64,000 nucleotides of DNA from Burkholderiaceae bacterium (lineage in GTDB: Bacteria; Pseudomonadota; Gammaproteobacteria; Burkholderiales; Burkholderiaceae_A), in contig JBBAQV010000001.1 of NCBI GenBank assembly GCA_040400125.1, forward strand, positions 5,956 to 69,955. Direction: 5' to 3'. The notes beneath the pieces are model-generated. The model ran no database searches and had not been told where the DNA came from. It saw only the letters and a program-made list of their open reading frames with translations. The position numbers and the translations under genes are program-made. Numbering within the stretch: position 1 is the first letter of the stretch; each line of letters starts with the position of its first letter. Shown here one piece after another: positions 19,085-28,592 of this stretch.

Positions 19085-20479
19085 ATGATCACCATTGAAA
19101 GCTTCGGCGTGGATGAGGCGCTGATTCGCCGGTTCGACAAACCCGGCCCCCGTTACACCTCCTACCCAACCGCCGATCGATTCCATCTTGGGTTCGATGC
19201 CAAGGCCCATGCCAAATGGCTTGACCACCGTGACCGTATCGAGCGAGACAAACCGCTCTCGCTCTATGTTCATCTTCCGTTCTGTGCGTCCATCTGCTAT
19301 TACTGTGCCTGCAACAAGGTCATCACCAAAGACCACAGTAAATCCGCCAAATATCTGGACTACCTCGAAAAAGAGATTGCACTTCAAACCTCGTATCTGC
19401 CCAACAGTCGGCGGGTTACCCAGATGCATTTTGGCGGCGGCACACCCACCTTCCTGAATGCCGCCGAGCTTTCACGACTGATGCGTATGCTCCGGGAGAA
19501 CTTTGATTTTGCAGACGACGGTGAGTACGCCATTGAGATCGACCCGCGCAGCGCCGATGAGAAAACCATTCATCTCCTGGCCGATCTTGGCTTTAACCGG
19601 ATGAGCATTGGCGTGCAAGATTTCGACCCCGAGGTGCAAAAGGCGGTGCACCGTATTCAGCCCGCCGAGATGACCATGGCCACATTGGCCACCGCACGAG
19701 CCTGCGGCTTTCAGTCCGTCAACCTGGACCTGATCTATGGCCTACCCAGGCAGACGACCCATGGCTTTCAGGCCACGCTTGATCGAGTGCTTGAGGCTTC
19801 GCCAGACCGCATCGCGCTCTACAGCTATGCCCATCTTCCAGAGCGGTTCAAGCCGCAGCGTCGCATCCACCTAGAAGACATGCCCTCGGCTGAGGCCAAG
19901 CTTGAGATTATGTTGATGGCGATCAACCGACTTCTGGACGAGGGTTATCAGTACATTGGGATGGATCACTTCGCTCGCGAAGACGACGAATTGGCGATGG
20001 CTCAGCGCAACGGCAGCCTGCATCGAAATTTTCAGGGCTACACCACCCAGGCCGATTGCGATCTTCTTGCCCTTGGTGTCTCGTCCATCAGCAAAATTGG
20101 CGCCTCATTTAGCCAGAACATGAAAACCCTGGAAGAATATTACGAGGCACTGGATCGGGGTGTCTTACCCATCACCCGTGGTTTCGAGCTGAACGCAGAC
20201 GATCTGATTCGACGCGATGTCATCATGGACCTGATGTGTCAGGGTAGTCTCTCCATGAAGACCATTGAAGACACACACGGCATTCAATTCGAGACCTACT
20301 TCGGTGCGGAGCTTGATCAATTGAAAATCCAGTTTGTTCCTGAAGACATTGTGGAGATCGCGGATCGTCGGATCACCATTCCCCCCAAAGGCCGGTTTTT
20401 CCTTCGTGGCATTGCCATGGTTTTTGATCGGTACTTCCAATCGCAGATCAACCCCAATCGCTTTTCGAAGCTGATTTGA
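19085..20479 (+). CDS. hemN: Oxygen-independent coproporphyrinogen III oxidase
   Basis: GPRYTSYPTA, LYVHLPFCASICYYCACNK (radical SAM CxxxCxxC), GGGTP, IGMDHFA, RNFQGY. Confidence 0.97.
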   Translation: MITIESFGVDEALIRRFDKPGPRYTSYPTADRFHLGFDAKAHAKWLDHRDRIERDKPLSLYVHLPFCASICYYCACNKVITKDHSKSAKYLDYLEKEIALQTSYLPNSRRVTQMHFGGGTPTFLNAAELSRLMRMLRENFDFADDGEYAIEIDPRSADEKTIHLLADLGFNRMSIGVQDFDPEVQKAVHRIQPAEMTMATLATARACGFQSVNLDLIYGLPRQTTHGFQATLDRVLEASPDRIALYSYAHLPERFKPQRRIHLEDMPSAEAKLEIMLMAINRLLDEGYQYIGMDHFAREDDELAMAQRNGSLHRNFQGYTTQADCDLLALGVSSISKIGASFSQNMKTLEEYYEALDRGVLPITRGFELNADDLIRRDVIMDLMCQGSLSMKTIEDTHGIQFETYFGAELDQLKIQFVPEDIVEIADRRITIPPKGRFFLRGIAMVFDRYFQSQINPNRFSKLI

Positions 20480-20494
20480 TTGCGTCGCGAAGCT

Positions 20495-21301
20495 TTAGGC
20501 CGTTTCGCCCAGATAGGCGGCTTTCACCGCCGGGTTTTGAAGAAGCTCTTGGGCGGGCGCGCTGAGAGTGATCATGCCGGAGTCCATCACATAACCCCGA
20601 TGGGCTGACTGCAGGGCGAGGCGCGCGTTTTGCTCGACCAACAGAATGGTCACACCGGATTCCGAAACGCTTCGAATAACATCGAAGATTCTCTCCACCA
20701 TGACGGGCGACAAGCCCATGGACGGCTCATCAAGCAACAACACCTGCGGCTCAGCCATCAAGGCCCGAGCCATGGCCAGCATCTGCTGTTCGCCACCGGA
20801 AAGGGTGCCCGCCAGCTGATGCAGCCGTTCTTTTAGTCGAGGGAAAAGCTGGAGCTGAGCATCGACGGCATCGGCCTCGCTCATGGTGGCAACACGACGA
20901 GTCGCCATGCGGCGGTCGGGAGCGTTCGGAGATTGACTCTCTGGCCCAGATACGACTGGCTTTCCCAGGCAGTAACGCCCCATCCGAAGATTTTCAAGAA
21001 TCGACATTCGGGCGAATACCCCGCGACCTTCTGGAACCATGACCAGTCCACGTCCAGCCATTTCATGGGCTGGGCAGCGGGTGATGTCTTGCCCATGAAG
21101 AATGATCTGCCCCTCGGCCGCCGGCACAAGACCCGTGACAGCTTTCAGCGTGGTTGTCTTTCCTGCTCCGTTGGCACCAATCAGGCTGACAAGCTCGCCG
21201 GGCTGAACGCTAAGGCTCACGCCCTTCACGGCCTGAATACCACCATAGCGGACCTTCACCGATTGAAGCTCAAGGGCGGCTGGTTTGGCTGGGTTAGGCA
21301 T
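20495..21301 (-). CDS. livF: Branched-chain amino acid ABC transporter ATPase
   Basis: GANGAGKTT, VPEGRGVF, LSGGEQQMLA, LLDEPSMGL. Confidence 0.93.
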   Translation of the reverse strand: MPNPAKPAALELQSVKVRYGGIQAVKGVSLSVQPGELVSLIGANGAGKTTTLKAVTGLVPAAEGQIILHGQDITRCPAHEMAGRGLVMVPEGRGVFARMSILENLRMGRYCLGKPVVSGPESQSPNAPDRRMATRRVATMSEADAVDAQLQLFPRLKERLHQLAGTLSGGEQQMLAMARALMAEPQVLLLDEPSMGLSPVMVERIFDVIRSVSESGVTILLVEQNARLALQSAHRGYVMDSGMITLSAPAQELLQNPAVKAAYLGETA

Positions 21302-22082
21302 GGTGCGTTGCCCCCGTTCCCAGGTAGGCCTCAATGACCGCAGGATGCCGCTGCACCTCGGCAGGCCGACCTTCCGCGATCACGCGGCCGTAATCAAGTA
21401 CGGTGACCCGGTCGCAAAGACCCATCACAAGTTTCACATCATGTTCGATGATCAAGATGGTCTTGCCACTTCGGCGAATGGTGTCCAGCGTGTCGCGAAG
21501 GGCATTTTTTTCCGTGGCGTTCATCCCGGCGGCGGGCTCATCCAAGGCGAGCAGTTTGGGTTCCGTGGCCAGGGCCCGCGCAATTTCAAGGCGCCGCTGA
21601 TCCCCATAAGAGAGTGTTTTGGCAATGCCATCCGCAAGATGCTCAATGCCAAGCTCTTTCAAAAGCCCCAGGGCATCGCTTCGAATCGATTGTTCGCTCT
21701 GACGAAACTGGGGTGTTCTTAAAATGGCGCCTAACACCCCGCGATGGAAACCATGGGTTCGCAGATGACGACCCACCATCACGTTTTCCAAGGCGGTCAT
21801 TTCCGGGAAGAGTCGAATGTTCTGAAAGGTGCGGGCGATGCCCGCTTCGACCACGCGGTGAACGTCCGTGGGCCGATAGGGAAGACCATTGATTTCGAAT
21901 CGTCCGCCATCGGGTGCATAGAGCCCCGTGATGACATTAAAGAATGTGGTCTTGCCCGCGCCGTTGGGCCCAATCAGGCCGTAGATCTGCCCCGGCATGA
22001 TGTCCAGACTGACGTCGTCAAGCGCCGTGAGGCCACCAAAGACTTTTCGCGCATGGGCCACGCGAAGTAAAGGCGTGGTCAT
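21294..22082 (-). CDS. livG: Branched-chain amino acid ABC transporter ATPase
   Basis: GPNGAGKTT, ARTFQNIRLF, LSYGDQRRLEIARALA, IEHDV. Confidence 0.94.
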   Translation of the reverse strand: MTTPLLRVAHARKVFGGLTALDDVSLDIMPGQIYGLIGPNGAGKTTFFNVITGLYAPDGGRFEINGLPYRPTDVHRVVEAGIARTFQNIRLFPEMTALENVMVGRHLRTHGFHRGVLGAILRTPQFRQSEQSIRSDALGLLKELGIEHLADGIAKTLSYGDQRRLEIARALATEPKLLALDEPAAGMNATEKNALRDTLDTIRRSGKTILIIEHDVKLVMGLCDRVTVLDYGRVIAEGRPAEVQRHPAVIEAYLGTGATHHA

Positions 22083-23173
22083 TGGGGCCTCCTTGCCGAC
22101 AGAAGCCCCATGGGCCGATAGAGCATGATGACCACCATGGCCAGGCCAAAAAGCAGCATGCGTAATGCCTCTGGTGCGATGAGTTCCGTGCCAAAGAGGG
22201 TTTCCTGGATGGGCCTGGCAATGTATCGAAGAATCTCAGGAATGGCATAAAGCAAGATGGCGCCAAGAACCACGCCAGGCACATAGCCAATGCCGCCAAG
22301 AACCACCATGGCCACAATCACAATACTTTCCATCAGCACGAAACTCTCGGGTGAGACAAAGCCCTGAAATGCCGAAAACATCGCGCCCGACACGCCGCCA
22401 AAAGAGGCGCCCATGGCAAAGGCAAGAAGCTTGACATTGCGAGTGTTGATGCCCATGGCTTTGGCGGCGATTTCGTCTTCACGAATGGCAATCCATGCAC
22501 GTCCAATGCGGGAGTCCTGCAGTCGAATCGAAATCAGAATGACCGCGAGGGTCAGCAAAAGAAAAAGGTAGTAATAGAGCTGCACCGAGGGCATCGTGAT
22601 GCCAAAGAGCTCAAAGGATCGACCGAAATTCACTGGGCCAATGGTGATGGGGTCGATGTTGCTCACCCCCTGTGGGCCATTGGTCAGGTTAATGGGTGCG
22701 TTGAGATTATTCAGAAAGATGCGAATGATTTCCCCAAACCCAAGGGTGACGATGGCCAGGTAGTCACCCCGAAGACGAAGTGTAGGCGAACCCAGCAGCA
22801 CGCCAAAGATTCCCGCAATCAGTGCCGACAATGGAATGACGAGCCAGATGGAGCTGTGCAGGCCATTGGGAAAGGTCTGACGGATCCACTCAAACTGCTC
22901 AAACAAATGAGGAGAGGCCAAAAGCGCATAGAGGTAGGCGCCTACCGCGTAAAACGCGATGTAGCCAAGATCCAGCAGCCCCGCATAGCCCACCACAATA
23001 TTGAGGCCCAGCGCCAGCATGATGTAGAGCAGTGCAAACGCCAGTATGCGAATCCACGCATTTCCTGCAAGCCCCGCAACAAAGGGTAGGGCAATCAGTG
23101 CCAGGCCGATGGCCAGCACGGCCAGGATGGCATTGCGGCGAGAAAGACGAATTCGAAGGTTGGCCAGTGACAT
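22079..23173 (-). CDS. livM: Branched-chain amino acid ABC transporter permease
   Basis: GLNIVVGYAGLLDLGY, RLRGDYLAIVTLGFGEIIR, AIREDEIAA. Confidence 0.94.
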   Translation of the reverse strand: MSLANLRIRLSRRNAILAVLAIGLALIALPFVAGLAGNAWIRILAFALLYIMLALGLNIVVGYAGLLDLGYIAFYAVGAYLYALLASPHLFEQFEWIRQTFPNGLHSSIWLVIPLSALIAGIFGVLLGSPTLRLRGDYLAIVTLGFGEIIRIFLNNLNAPINLTNGPQGVSNIDPITIGPVNFGRSFELFGITMPSVQLYYYLFLLLTLAVILISIRLQDSRIGRAWIAIREDEIAAKAMGINTRNVKLLAFAMGASFGGVSGAMFSAFQGFVSPESFVLMESIVIVAMVVLGGIGYVPGVVLGAILLYAIPEILRYIARPIQETLFGTELIAPEALRMLLFGLAMVVIMLYRPMGLLSARRPQ

Positions 23174-23176
23174 ACC

Positions 23177-24106
23177 TTAGGCCCTGTCCGATACGCGTTC
23201 GCCAAGCAGGCCCGAGGGCCGAAAGACCAGCACAAGAATCAGCACGGCGAAGGCAAAAATATCTTGATAGTGGCTACCAAGAAAGCCACCGGTCAGGTCA
23301 CCAATGTAGCCCGCACCAAGACTCTCAATGATGCCAAGCAAGAGGCCTCCTGCGACCGCACCCGCGAGATTGCCGATGCCACCAAGCACCGCCGCAGTGA
23401 ATGCCTTTAAGCCCAGCATGAAGCCCATGGTGAAATGTGCAATGTTGTAGTTCATGGCCACCAGCACACCCGCGATGGCGGCGAGCGCCGCACCCATCAT
23501 GAAGGTGGCGGAAATGATCTGATCCGGATTCACGCCCATCAGACTTGCAATTTTTGGGTTCTCAGACACCGCCCGCATGGCACGTCCCAGGCGAGTTCGG
23601 TGAATCAGCAGCAAAAGTCCGATCATCGACACCGAGGCCACGACCAAGATCAGGATCTGTTTGGGGGCCAGCAGTGCGCCGCCAATCTCAAAGGCCTGGG
23701 TCGGCAGGAGATCAGGAAAGACTCGTGGATTGGGCGACCAGATGATCATGGCGAGCGTCTGCAGAACAATCGACACACCGATGGCGGTGATCAGCGGCGC
23801 AAGGCGCGGCGAATTTCTTAAAGGCCGGTAGGCAATGCGTTCAATGCTTGCCGAAAGCAGCATGCAAACAGGAATTGCAACAAGCGTGGCAATCAGCAGC
23901 TGAACCACCATGGGTAGATTGGGAGCAACAACGCCCAGAAGACTCAAGACCGTCAACGCCACCATGGCACCAATCATGAGCACCTCGCCATGGGCGAAAT
24001 TAATCAGCTGCAAGATTCCATAGACCATGGTGTAGCCAAGTGCCACAAGGGCATAGACGCTGCCCAGCACAAGACCATTGATGATTTGTTGAATCAGGGT
24101 GTCCAT
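23177..24106 (-). CDS. livH: Branched-chain amino acid ABC transporter permease
   Basis: YALVALGYTMVYG...INFAHGE, KAFTAAVLGGIG. Confidence 0.94.
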   Translation of the reverse strand: MDTLIQQIINGLVLGSVYALVALGYTMVYGILQLINFAHGEVLMIGAMVALTVLSLLGVVAPNLPMVVQLLIATLVAIPVCMLLSASIERIAYRPLRNSPRLAPLITAIGVSIVLQTLAMIIWSPNPRVFPDLLPTQAFEIGGALLAPKQILILVVASVSMIGLLLLIHRTRLGRAMRAVSENPKIASLMGVNPDQIISATFMMGAALAAIAGVLVAMNYNIAHFTMGFMLGLKAFTAAVLGGIGNLAGAVAGGLLLGIIESLGAGYIGDLTGGFLGSHYQDIFAFAVLILVLVFRPSGLLGERVSDRA

Positions 24107-24125
24107 GGCGAACCCTTTATGGCAC

Positions 24126-24156
24126 GACGGGCTGGCCTTGCGGCGACCAGCCCGTC
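24126..24156 (-). other. Intercistronic hairpin after the binding-protein gene
   Basis: GACGGGCTGG...CCAGCCCGTC 10-bp inverted repeat between livK and livH. Confidence 0.6.
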
Positions 24157-24177
24157 ATGAGAGGCAAAGCCTGACGA

Positions 24178-25344
24178 TTACTGAATCACTTTGACAAGCT
24201 CACGCTTGCCGCCGCGGTAGGTGTAGAGGGTGAGTGTGCCACCCTTGATGTCGCCCTTGTCATCAAAGGCGATGGGACCGGTCACACCTTCGTACTGAAT
24301 CTTCGCAAGCTCAGGCAGATATTTTTTCGGGTCTGTGGAATTGGCTTTTTTCATCGCCTCAACCATGACCATGGTGGCGTCATAGACATAAGGTGCATAG
24401 AGCTTCACCTCTTCGCCGGTCTCTTGCTTGAAGCGAGCACGAAAATCGGCAAGCTTTTGCTCGTAGGCTCCGGTGACACCGCCAGCCTCCGCGCAGAAGA
24501 TCTTGTTGTTGCCAAGGGCCTTATCCGCCAGCTTGGGGAGCTCGCTGGTGCACAGGCCATCGCCGCCCATGAACTTGGCGTTGATCTTCAGCTGGTCCAT
24601 CTGGCGAAGCATGGGACCGGCAACCGCATCCATGCCGCCAAAGAAGACGACATCCGGCTTTTTGGCACGGATGGCGGTAAGGATGGACATGAAGTCGGTC
24701 GATTTGTCGGTGGTGAACTGGCGATCGACAATCTTGCCGCCGACTGATTCAACACCCTTGACGAACTCATCGGCCACACCCTGGCCATAGGCCGTGCGGT
24801 CATCGATCACGGCGATGCTCTTGCCTTTGAGATCTTGCACCGCGTAACGACCCAGTGTGCCGCCAAGCTGAGCATCATTGGCCACCACGCGGAAGGTGGT
24901 TTTGAAGCCCTGCAGGGTGTACTTGGGGTTCGTGGCCGAGGGGGAAATCTGTGGAATTCCTGCGTCACTGTAAAGCTTGGATGCAGGAATGGTGGTGCCC
25001 GAATTCAGGTGGCCAATCACGCCCGCAACCTTCGCGTCGACCAGTTTCTGTGCGGCGGCCGTGCCCTGTTTGGGGTCGGCGCCATCGTCTTCTGAAATCA
25101 GGGTGAAGGTGACCGGCTTGCCATTGATGGTGATGCCGGCCTTGTTGATGTCAGCAATGGCCAGCTTGGCACCGGCTTCATTGTCTTTACCCAGGTGGGC
25201 CTGGTTGCCGGTCATGGGGGCGACATGCCCGATCTTGATGGTGGAATCTTGTGAGGAACAGCCAGCCAAGCCCAGCGCAACAGCCGCTAAGCCCAGGAAG
25301 AGGGCCTTTTTATGGGCAAACGTCTTTTCGGGAATGTCGGACAT
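24178..25344 (-). CDS. livK: Branched-chain amino acid ABC substrate-binding lipoprotein (LivJ/LivK family)
   Basis: Lipobox LAG-C, IGHLNSGTTIPAS, DDRTAYGQG. Start could be 25344 or 25356. Confidence 0.88.
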   Translation of the reverse strand: MSDIPEKTFAHKKALFLGLAAVALGLAGCSSQDSTIKIGHVAPMTGNQAHLGKDNEAGAKLAIADINKAGITINGKPVTFTLISEDDGADPKQGTAAAQKLVDAKVAGVIGHLNSGTTIPASKLYSDAGIPQISPSATNPKYTLQGFKTTFRVVANDAQLGGTLGRYAVQDLKGKSIAVIDDRTAYGQGVADEFVKGVESVGGKIVDRQFTTDKSTDFMSILTAIRAKKPDVVFFGGMDAVAGPMLRQMDQLKINAKFMGGDGLCTSELPKLADKALGNNKIFCAEAGGVTGAYEQKLADFRARFKQETGEEVKLYAPYVYDATMVMVEAMKKANSTDPKKYLPELAKIQYEGVTGPIAFDDKGDIKGGTLTLYTYRGGKRELVKVIQ

Positions 25345-25472
25345 GCGAGTCTCCATGGTGAGGGGTGATGTGGATTGCAACACCAATTAGTTTACGGATT
25401 TCCTGCGCTTTTGCGCAGTGCAAACCCAAACTCACCTAAACTTTGGACATGAACTCAAATTCTCGCTTTTCC

Positions 25473-25949
25473 ATGAGTCTGCTCAAGCAGATGGTCGTCG
25501 CTGTGGTCTGGATATCGGCGGTCTCGGCCCTTGGCCAGTCCCTCACCGACCTTGGGCCTTGGTATCAGGGGCTGAAACAACCCGAGTGGAAGCCGCCGGA
25601 CTGGGCCTTCGGCGTGATCTGGACGAGCATTTTTGTCTTGATTGCGGTGGCCAGTGTCTGGGCCTGGCGATGCGCCAAGACGGTTGCGGATCGGGCTCAG
25701 TTATTGGCGGTGTTCACCTTAAACAGCATGCTGCATGTTCTCTGGAGCATGCTGTTTTTTACGGTGAAGCGCCCCGACTGGGCCATGATTGAACTGATCT
25801 TTCTCTGGCTTTCAATTGCCGCCATGATGGTGCTGTTCTGGCGACTTTCGCGAGTCGCGAGCCTGCTGCTTTTGCCCTACATCACCTGGGTGACGATTGC
25901 TGGATTTCTGAACTACGCCAACATTCAGCTCAACGGCCCCTTCGCCTAA
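25473..25949 (+). CDS. tspO: Tryptophan-rich sensory protein TspO/CrtK
   Basis: WYQGLKQPEWKPPDWAFGVIW, WS.LFF, LLPYITWV. Start could be 25443, 25449 or 25473. Confidence 0.95.
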   Translation: MSLLKQMVVAVVWISAVSALGQSLTDLGPWYQGLKQPEWKPPDWAFGVIWTSIFVLIAVASVWAWRCAKTVADRAQLLAVFTLNSMLHVLWSMLFFTVKRPDWAMIELIFLWLSIAAMMVLFWRLSRVASLLLLPYITWVTIAGFLNYANIQLNGPFA

Positions 25950-25967
25950 AGCCCACTAAGCCTTGCA

Positions 25968-27200
25968 CTAAGCCTTGGCCAGCCCCAAGAGGTGGGCCAT
26001 GTCTTTAAGAAAAATTTTGACATGGGCCATGGGGCGCTTACGCACAAGTTTTTTATTCATGTAGGCCTCGAAGGTCAGCGTCTGAACGTCTTTGTCTTCG
26101 CAGATCTTTACAAATTTCTCACGACGCTTGTCGCTGGAATACCAGAAGTACTGAAGAATTCCCAAGACCCAGAAGACTTTGCCATGGTCTTTCATGAAGC
26201 GTTTGCGGGCTTTGGCAAGCGCCTTGGCATTACCGGTGAGCAGATATTCCGCGGCGGCTTCACCCGCGAAACGACCCCCAGCCATGGCGTAATAAATGCC
26301 TTCGCCCGAGGCCGGCGCCACCACGCCTGCAGCGTCACCCGCAAGCACAACATTCTTACCGTTGTCCCAATAGGGCAGCGGCTTTAAGGGGATGGGTGCA
26401 CCTTCACGACGAATGGTTTCGGCGTTCTGTAGTCCAGCTGCCTCGCGCACAAGGGCCGTGGCGTTTCGCAAGGAGAATCCTTTGTCAGCGCTGCCGGTGC
26501 CAATGCTTGCGGTGTCGCCATGGGGGAAGACCCAGCCATAGAAGTCGGGTGACATCTTTCCGTTGTAGTACACATCACAACGCGATGCCTCGTAGTCTGC
26601 CGGAGGGTTGGCGGGTGTTTTCACAATCTCGTGATAAGCAAAAACATATTTGGTTTTTTCTGCATCACGAATGTTCTGACGGGCCACTTCGGATTTCGCA
26701 CCATCGGCGCCAATCACAACCCTGGCCTTGATCTGAGCGGGGTAGCTTTGGGAGTCACCCGCTGCACGACGTGCCATGTAATGGAGGGTGACGCGTCCGT
26801 CAGACTCTTGCTCAAGACGCTCGTAGGACCCGATTCGACGTTCCGCGCCATGGGCTTGGGCTCGAGTGCGAAGCCACTCATCGAACTCGCAGCGGTCGAC
26901 CAGGCCAACATAGCCGTTATCAATGGGGATATCGACCTTATGAAAGGTGGGTGAGATCATGCGGGCCTTGGTGGCCTGAGCGACCAACATGGATTCAGGG
27001 ATCTCAAAATCGCGCATCGCCCTTGGCGGAATGGCGCCGCCGCACGGCTTGATTCGTCCTGCCCGATCCAGCAGCATCACCTTAAAGCCTTGGCGAGCCA
27101 GGTCATCCGCAGCGGTTGCGCCGGCAGGCCCTCCACCGATCACAGCGATGTCGAACTCCTCGATGGCGGAATTCATGTGTTGGGTTTCGTTCATCTGCAT
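25968..27200 (-). CDS. bchP: Geranylgeranyl reductase
   Basis: GGGPAG, RIKPCGGAIP, GDAAGVVAPASGEGIYYAM. Confidence 0.97.
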   Translation of the reverse strand: MQMNETQHMNSAIEEFDIAVIGGGPAGATAADDLARQGFKVMLLDRAGRIKPCGGAIPPRAMRDFEIPESMLVAQATKARMISPTFHKVDIPIDNGYVGLVDRCEFDEWLRTRAQAHGAERRIGSYERLEQESDGRVTLHYMARRAAGDSQSYPAQIKARVVIGADGAKSEVARQNIRDAEKTKYVFAYHEIVKTPANPPADYEASRCDVYYNGKMSPDFYGWVFPHGDTASIGTGSADKGFSLRNATALVREAAGLQNAETIRREGAPIPLKPLPYWDNGKNVVLAGDAAGVVAPASGEGIYYAMAGGRFAGEAAAEYLLTGNAKALAKARKRFMKDHGKVFWVLGILQYFWYSSDKRREKFVKICEDKDVQTLTFEAYMNKKLVRKRPMAHVKIFLKDMAHLLGLAKA

Positions 27201-27218
27201 GGTCGTTCTCTCTAAAAA

Positions 27219-28592
27219 TTAAGCGGCCGGCACGGCACGCTTCTGATGCACAGGCGGGTATTGGTTGTTGGGCGAAGGGTTGGAGTGGATTCGCGTGGCA
27301 AGCCGAGCGGCCACCACAAAGAGCGCCGCCTCAAGGAAAAAGACAAGGCCATACGCCAGCCCGGGTTCGTCGATAAGCATGCGTGAAATGTCACTGGCAG
27401 TGGCGCCAATCAGGCCGCCCGCACCGAATGCAATGGCCTGAGCTGCACCCCACAGCCCCACTCGTGTGCCCTCACGCTGGCCTCGGCCCTCGCTGGCCAA
27501 GCGCATCATCGAGGCAATCGCTGCAATTGAAAACGCGCCATTCGAAAGCCCCAAGAGAAAGACGGTGGTTTTCAACGGATAACCTTCGCCCATCACGCCC
27601 GCCAGGGTGAGGCTCATGAGTGCCAGCGAAGAAGCAATGCATCCGCCAACGGTCCAGGATTTCAAGGACCCAAATTGTGGAACCCCCACTTTTTCGCCAA
27701 AGCGGCCACAGGCAAAGGCAACCAGAATCATTCCCGTCAGGACGCCTGCATGCTGAAGGCCGGAGAGTTTTGTGGTCTCACCTGGGGTCAAGCCAAACAC
27801 AATGCCGGCGAAGGGCTCAAGAATGAGATCCTGGGCCGAGAAGGCCAGCATCGACACGAAGACAAAAATGGTGAAACGTTTGGCTGCCGGTTCTTGCCAG
27901 ACCTGTCCAAGCGCTTCTTTAAAGCTTGGTTTTTGGCTTTGATCCGGCTGACTCTGTGCTTTTTCGATGGGTTGGATGGAGCCTGCTGCGCCCTCCAGTT
28001 TGTAGAGCGACAAAAACGTGGTGATCATGGCCAGCACAGAGACGCAGCTTGCGATCATGAGCAGGCGTTCATGGGAATAAGGATCAAGAAGCTGGCCTGC
28101 AATTCCTGCTGTGATGGCTAGGCCGCTGATCATCATCAGCCAGACAATGGTGGCTGCAGCAGCGCGGCGTTGGTCGTCCACGCGCTTGGCCAGCAACACC
28201 AATACCGATGTTCCTGATGCGCTGACGCCAAGACCAATCATTGTGAAAGCCACAAAGGCTAAAAGTGCGCCAAGCATGCCTTGGCTGGCCATGAGTGTGG
28301 TGGCGGTTGCTGCCATCACACCGCCGGTGGCCAGGACGGCCATGCCCCCGAGAATCCATGGTGTGCAACGTCCAAGCATGTCCGAGCCATAGCCCATCCG
28401 TGGACGCACCATCTGCACCGCATAGTGAAGTGCCACGAGCAGCCCCGGAATTAATGCGGGCAGGGCAAGTTCAATCACCATCACCCGGTTGAGTGTGGAT
28501 GTTGTGAGCACTACGACTGCGCCAAGACTTAGCTGGGCTAGGCCAAGCCGAACAATGGCCAGCCATCCGAAGGGCTTGACGGACTGACTCAC
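27219..28592 (-). CDS. BCD-family (PucC-like, 'bch2') MFS protein
   Basis: LTTSTLNRVMVIEL, QDLILEPFAG, GLWGAAQAIAFG. GTG 28592 overlaps the bchG TGA; canonical bchG-bch2-bchP position. Confidence 0.92.
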   Translation of the reverse strand: MSQSVKPFGWLAIVRLGLAQLSLGAVVVLTTSTLNRVMVIELALPALIPGLLVALHYAVQMVRPRMGYGSDMLGRCTPWILGGMAVLATGGVMAATATTLMASQGMLGALLAFVAFTMIGLGVSASGTSVLVLLAKRVDDQRRAAAATIVWLMMISGLAITAGIAGQLLDPYSHERLLMIASCVSVLAMITTFLSLYKLEGAAGSIQPIEKAQSQPDQSQKPSFKEALGQVWQEPAAKRFTIFVFVSMLAFSAQDLILEPFAGIVFGLTPGETTKLSGLQHAGVLTGMILVAFACGRFGEKVGVPQFGSLKSWTVGGCIASSLALMSLTLAGVMGEGYPLKTTVFLLGLSNGAFSIAAIASMMRLASEGRGQREGTRVGLWGAAQAIAFGAGGLIGATASDISRMLIDEPGLAYGLVFFLEAALFVVAARLATRIHSNPSPNNQYPPVHQKRAVPAA

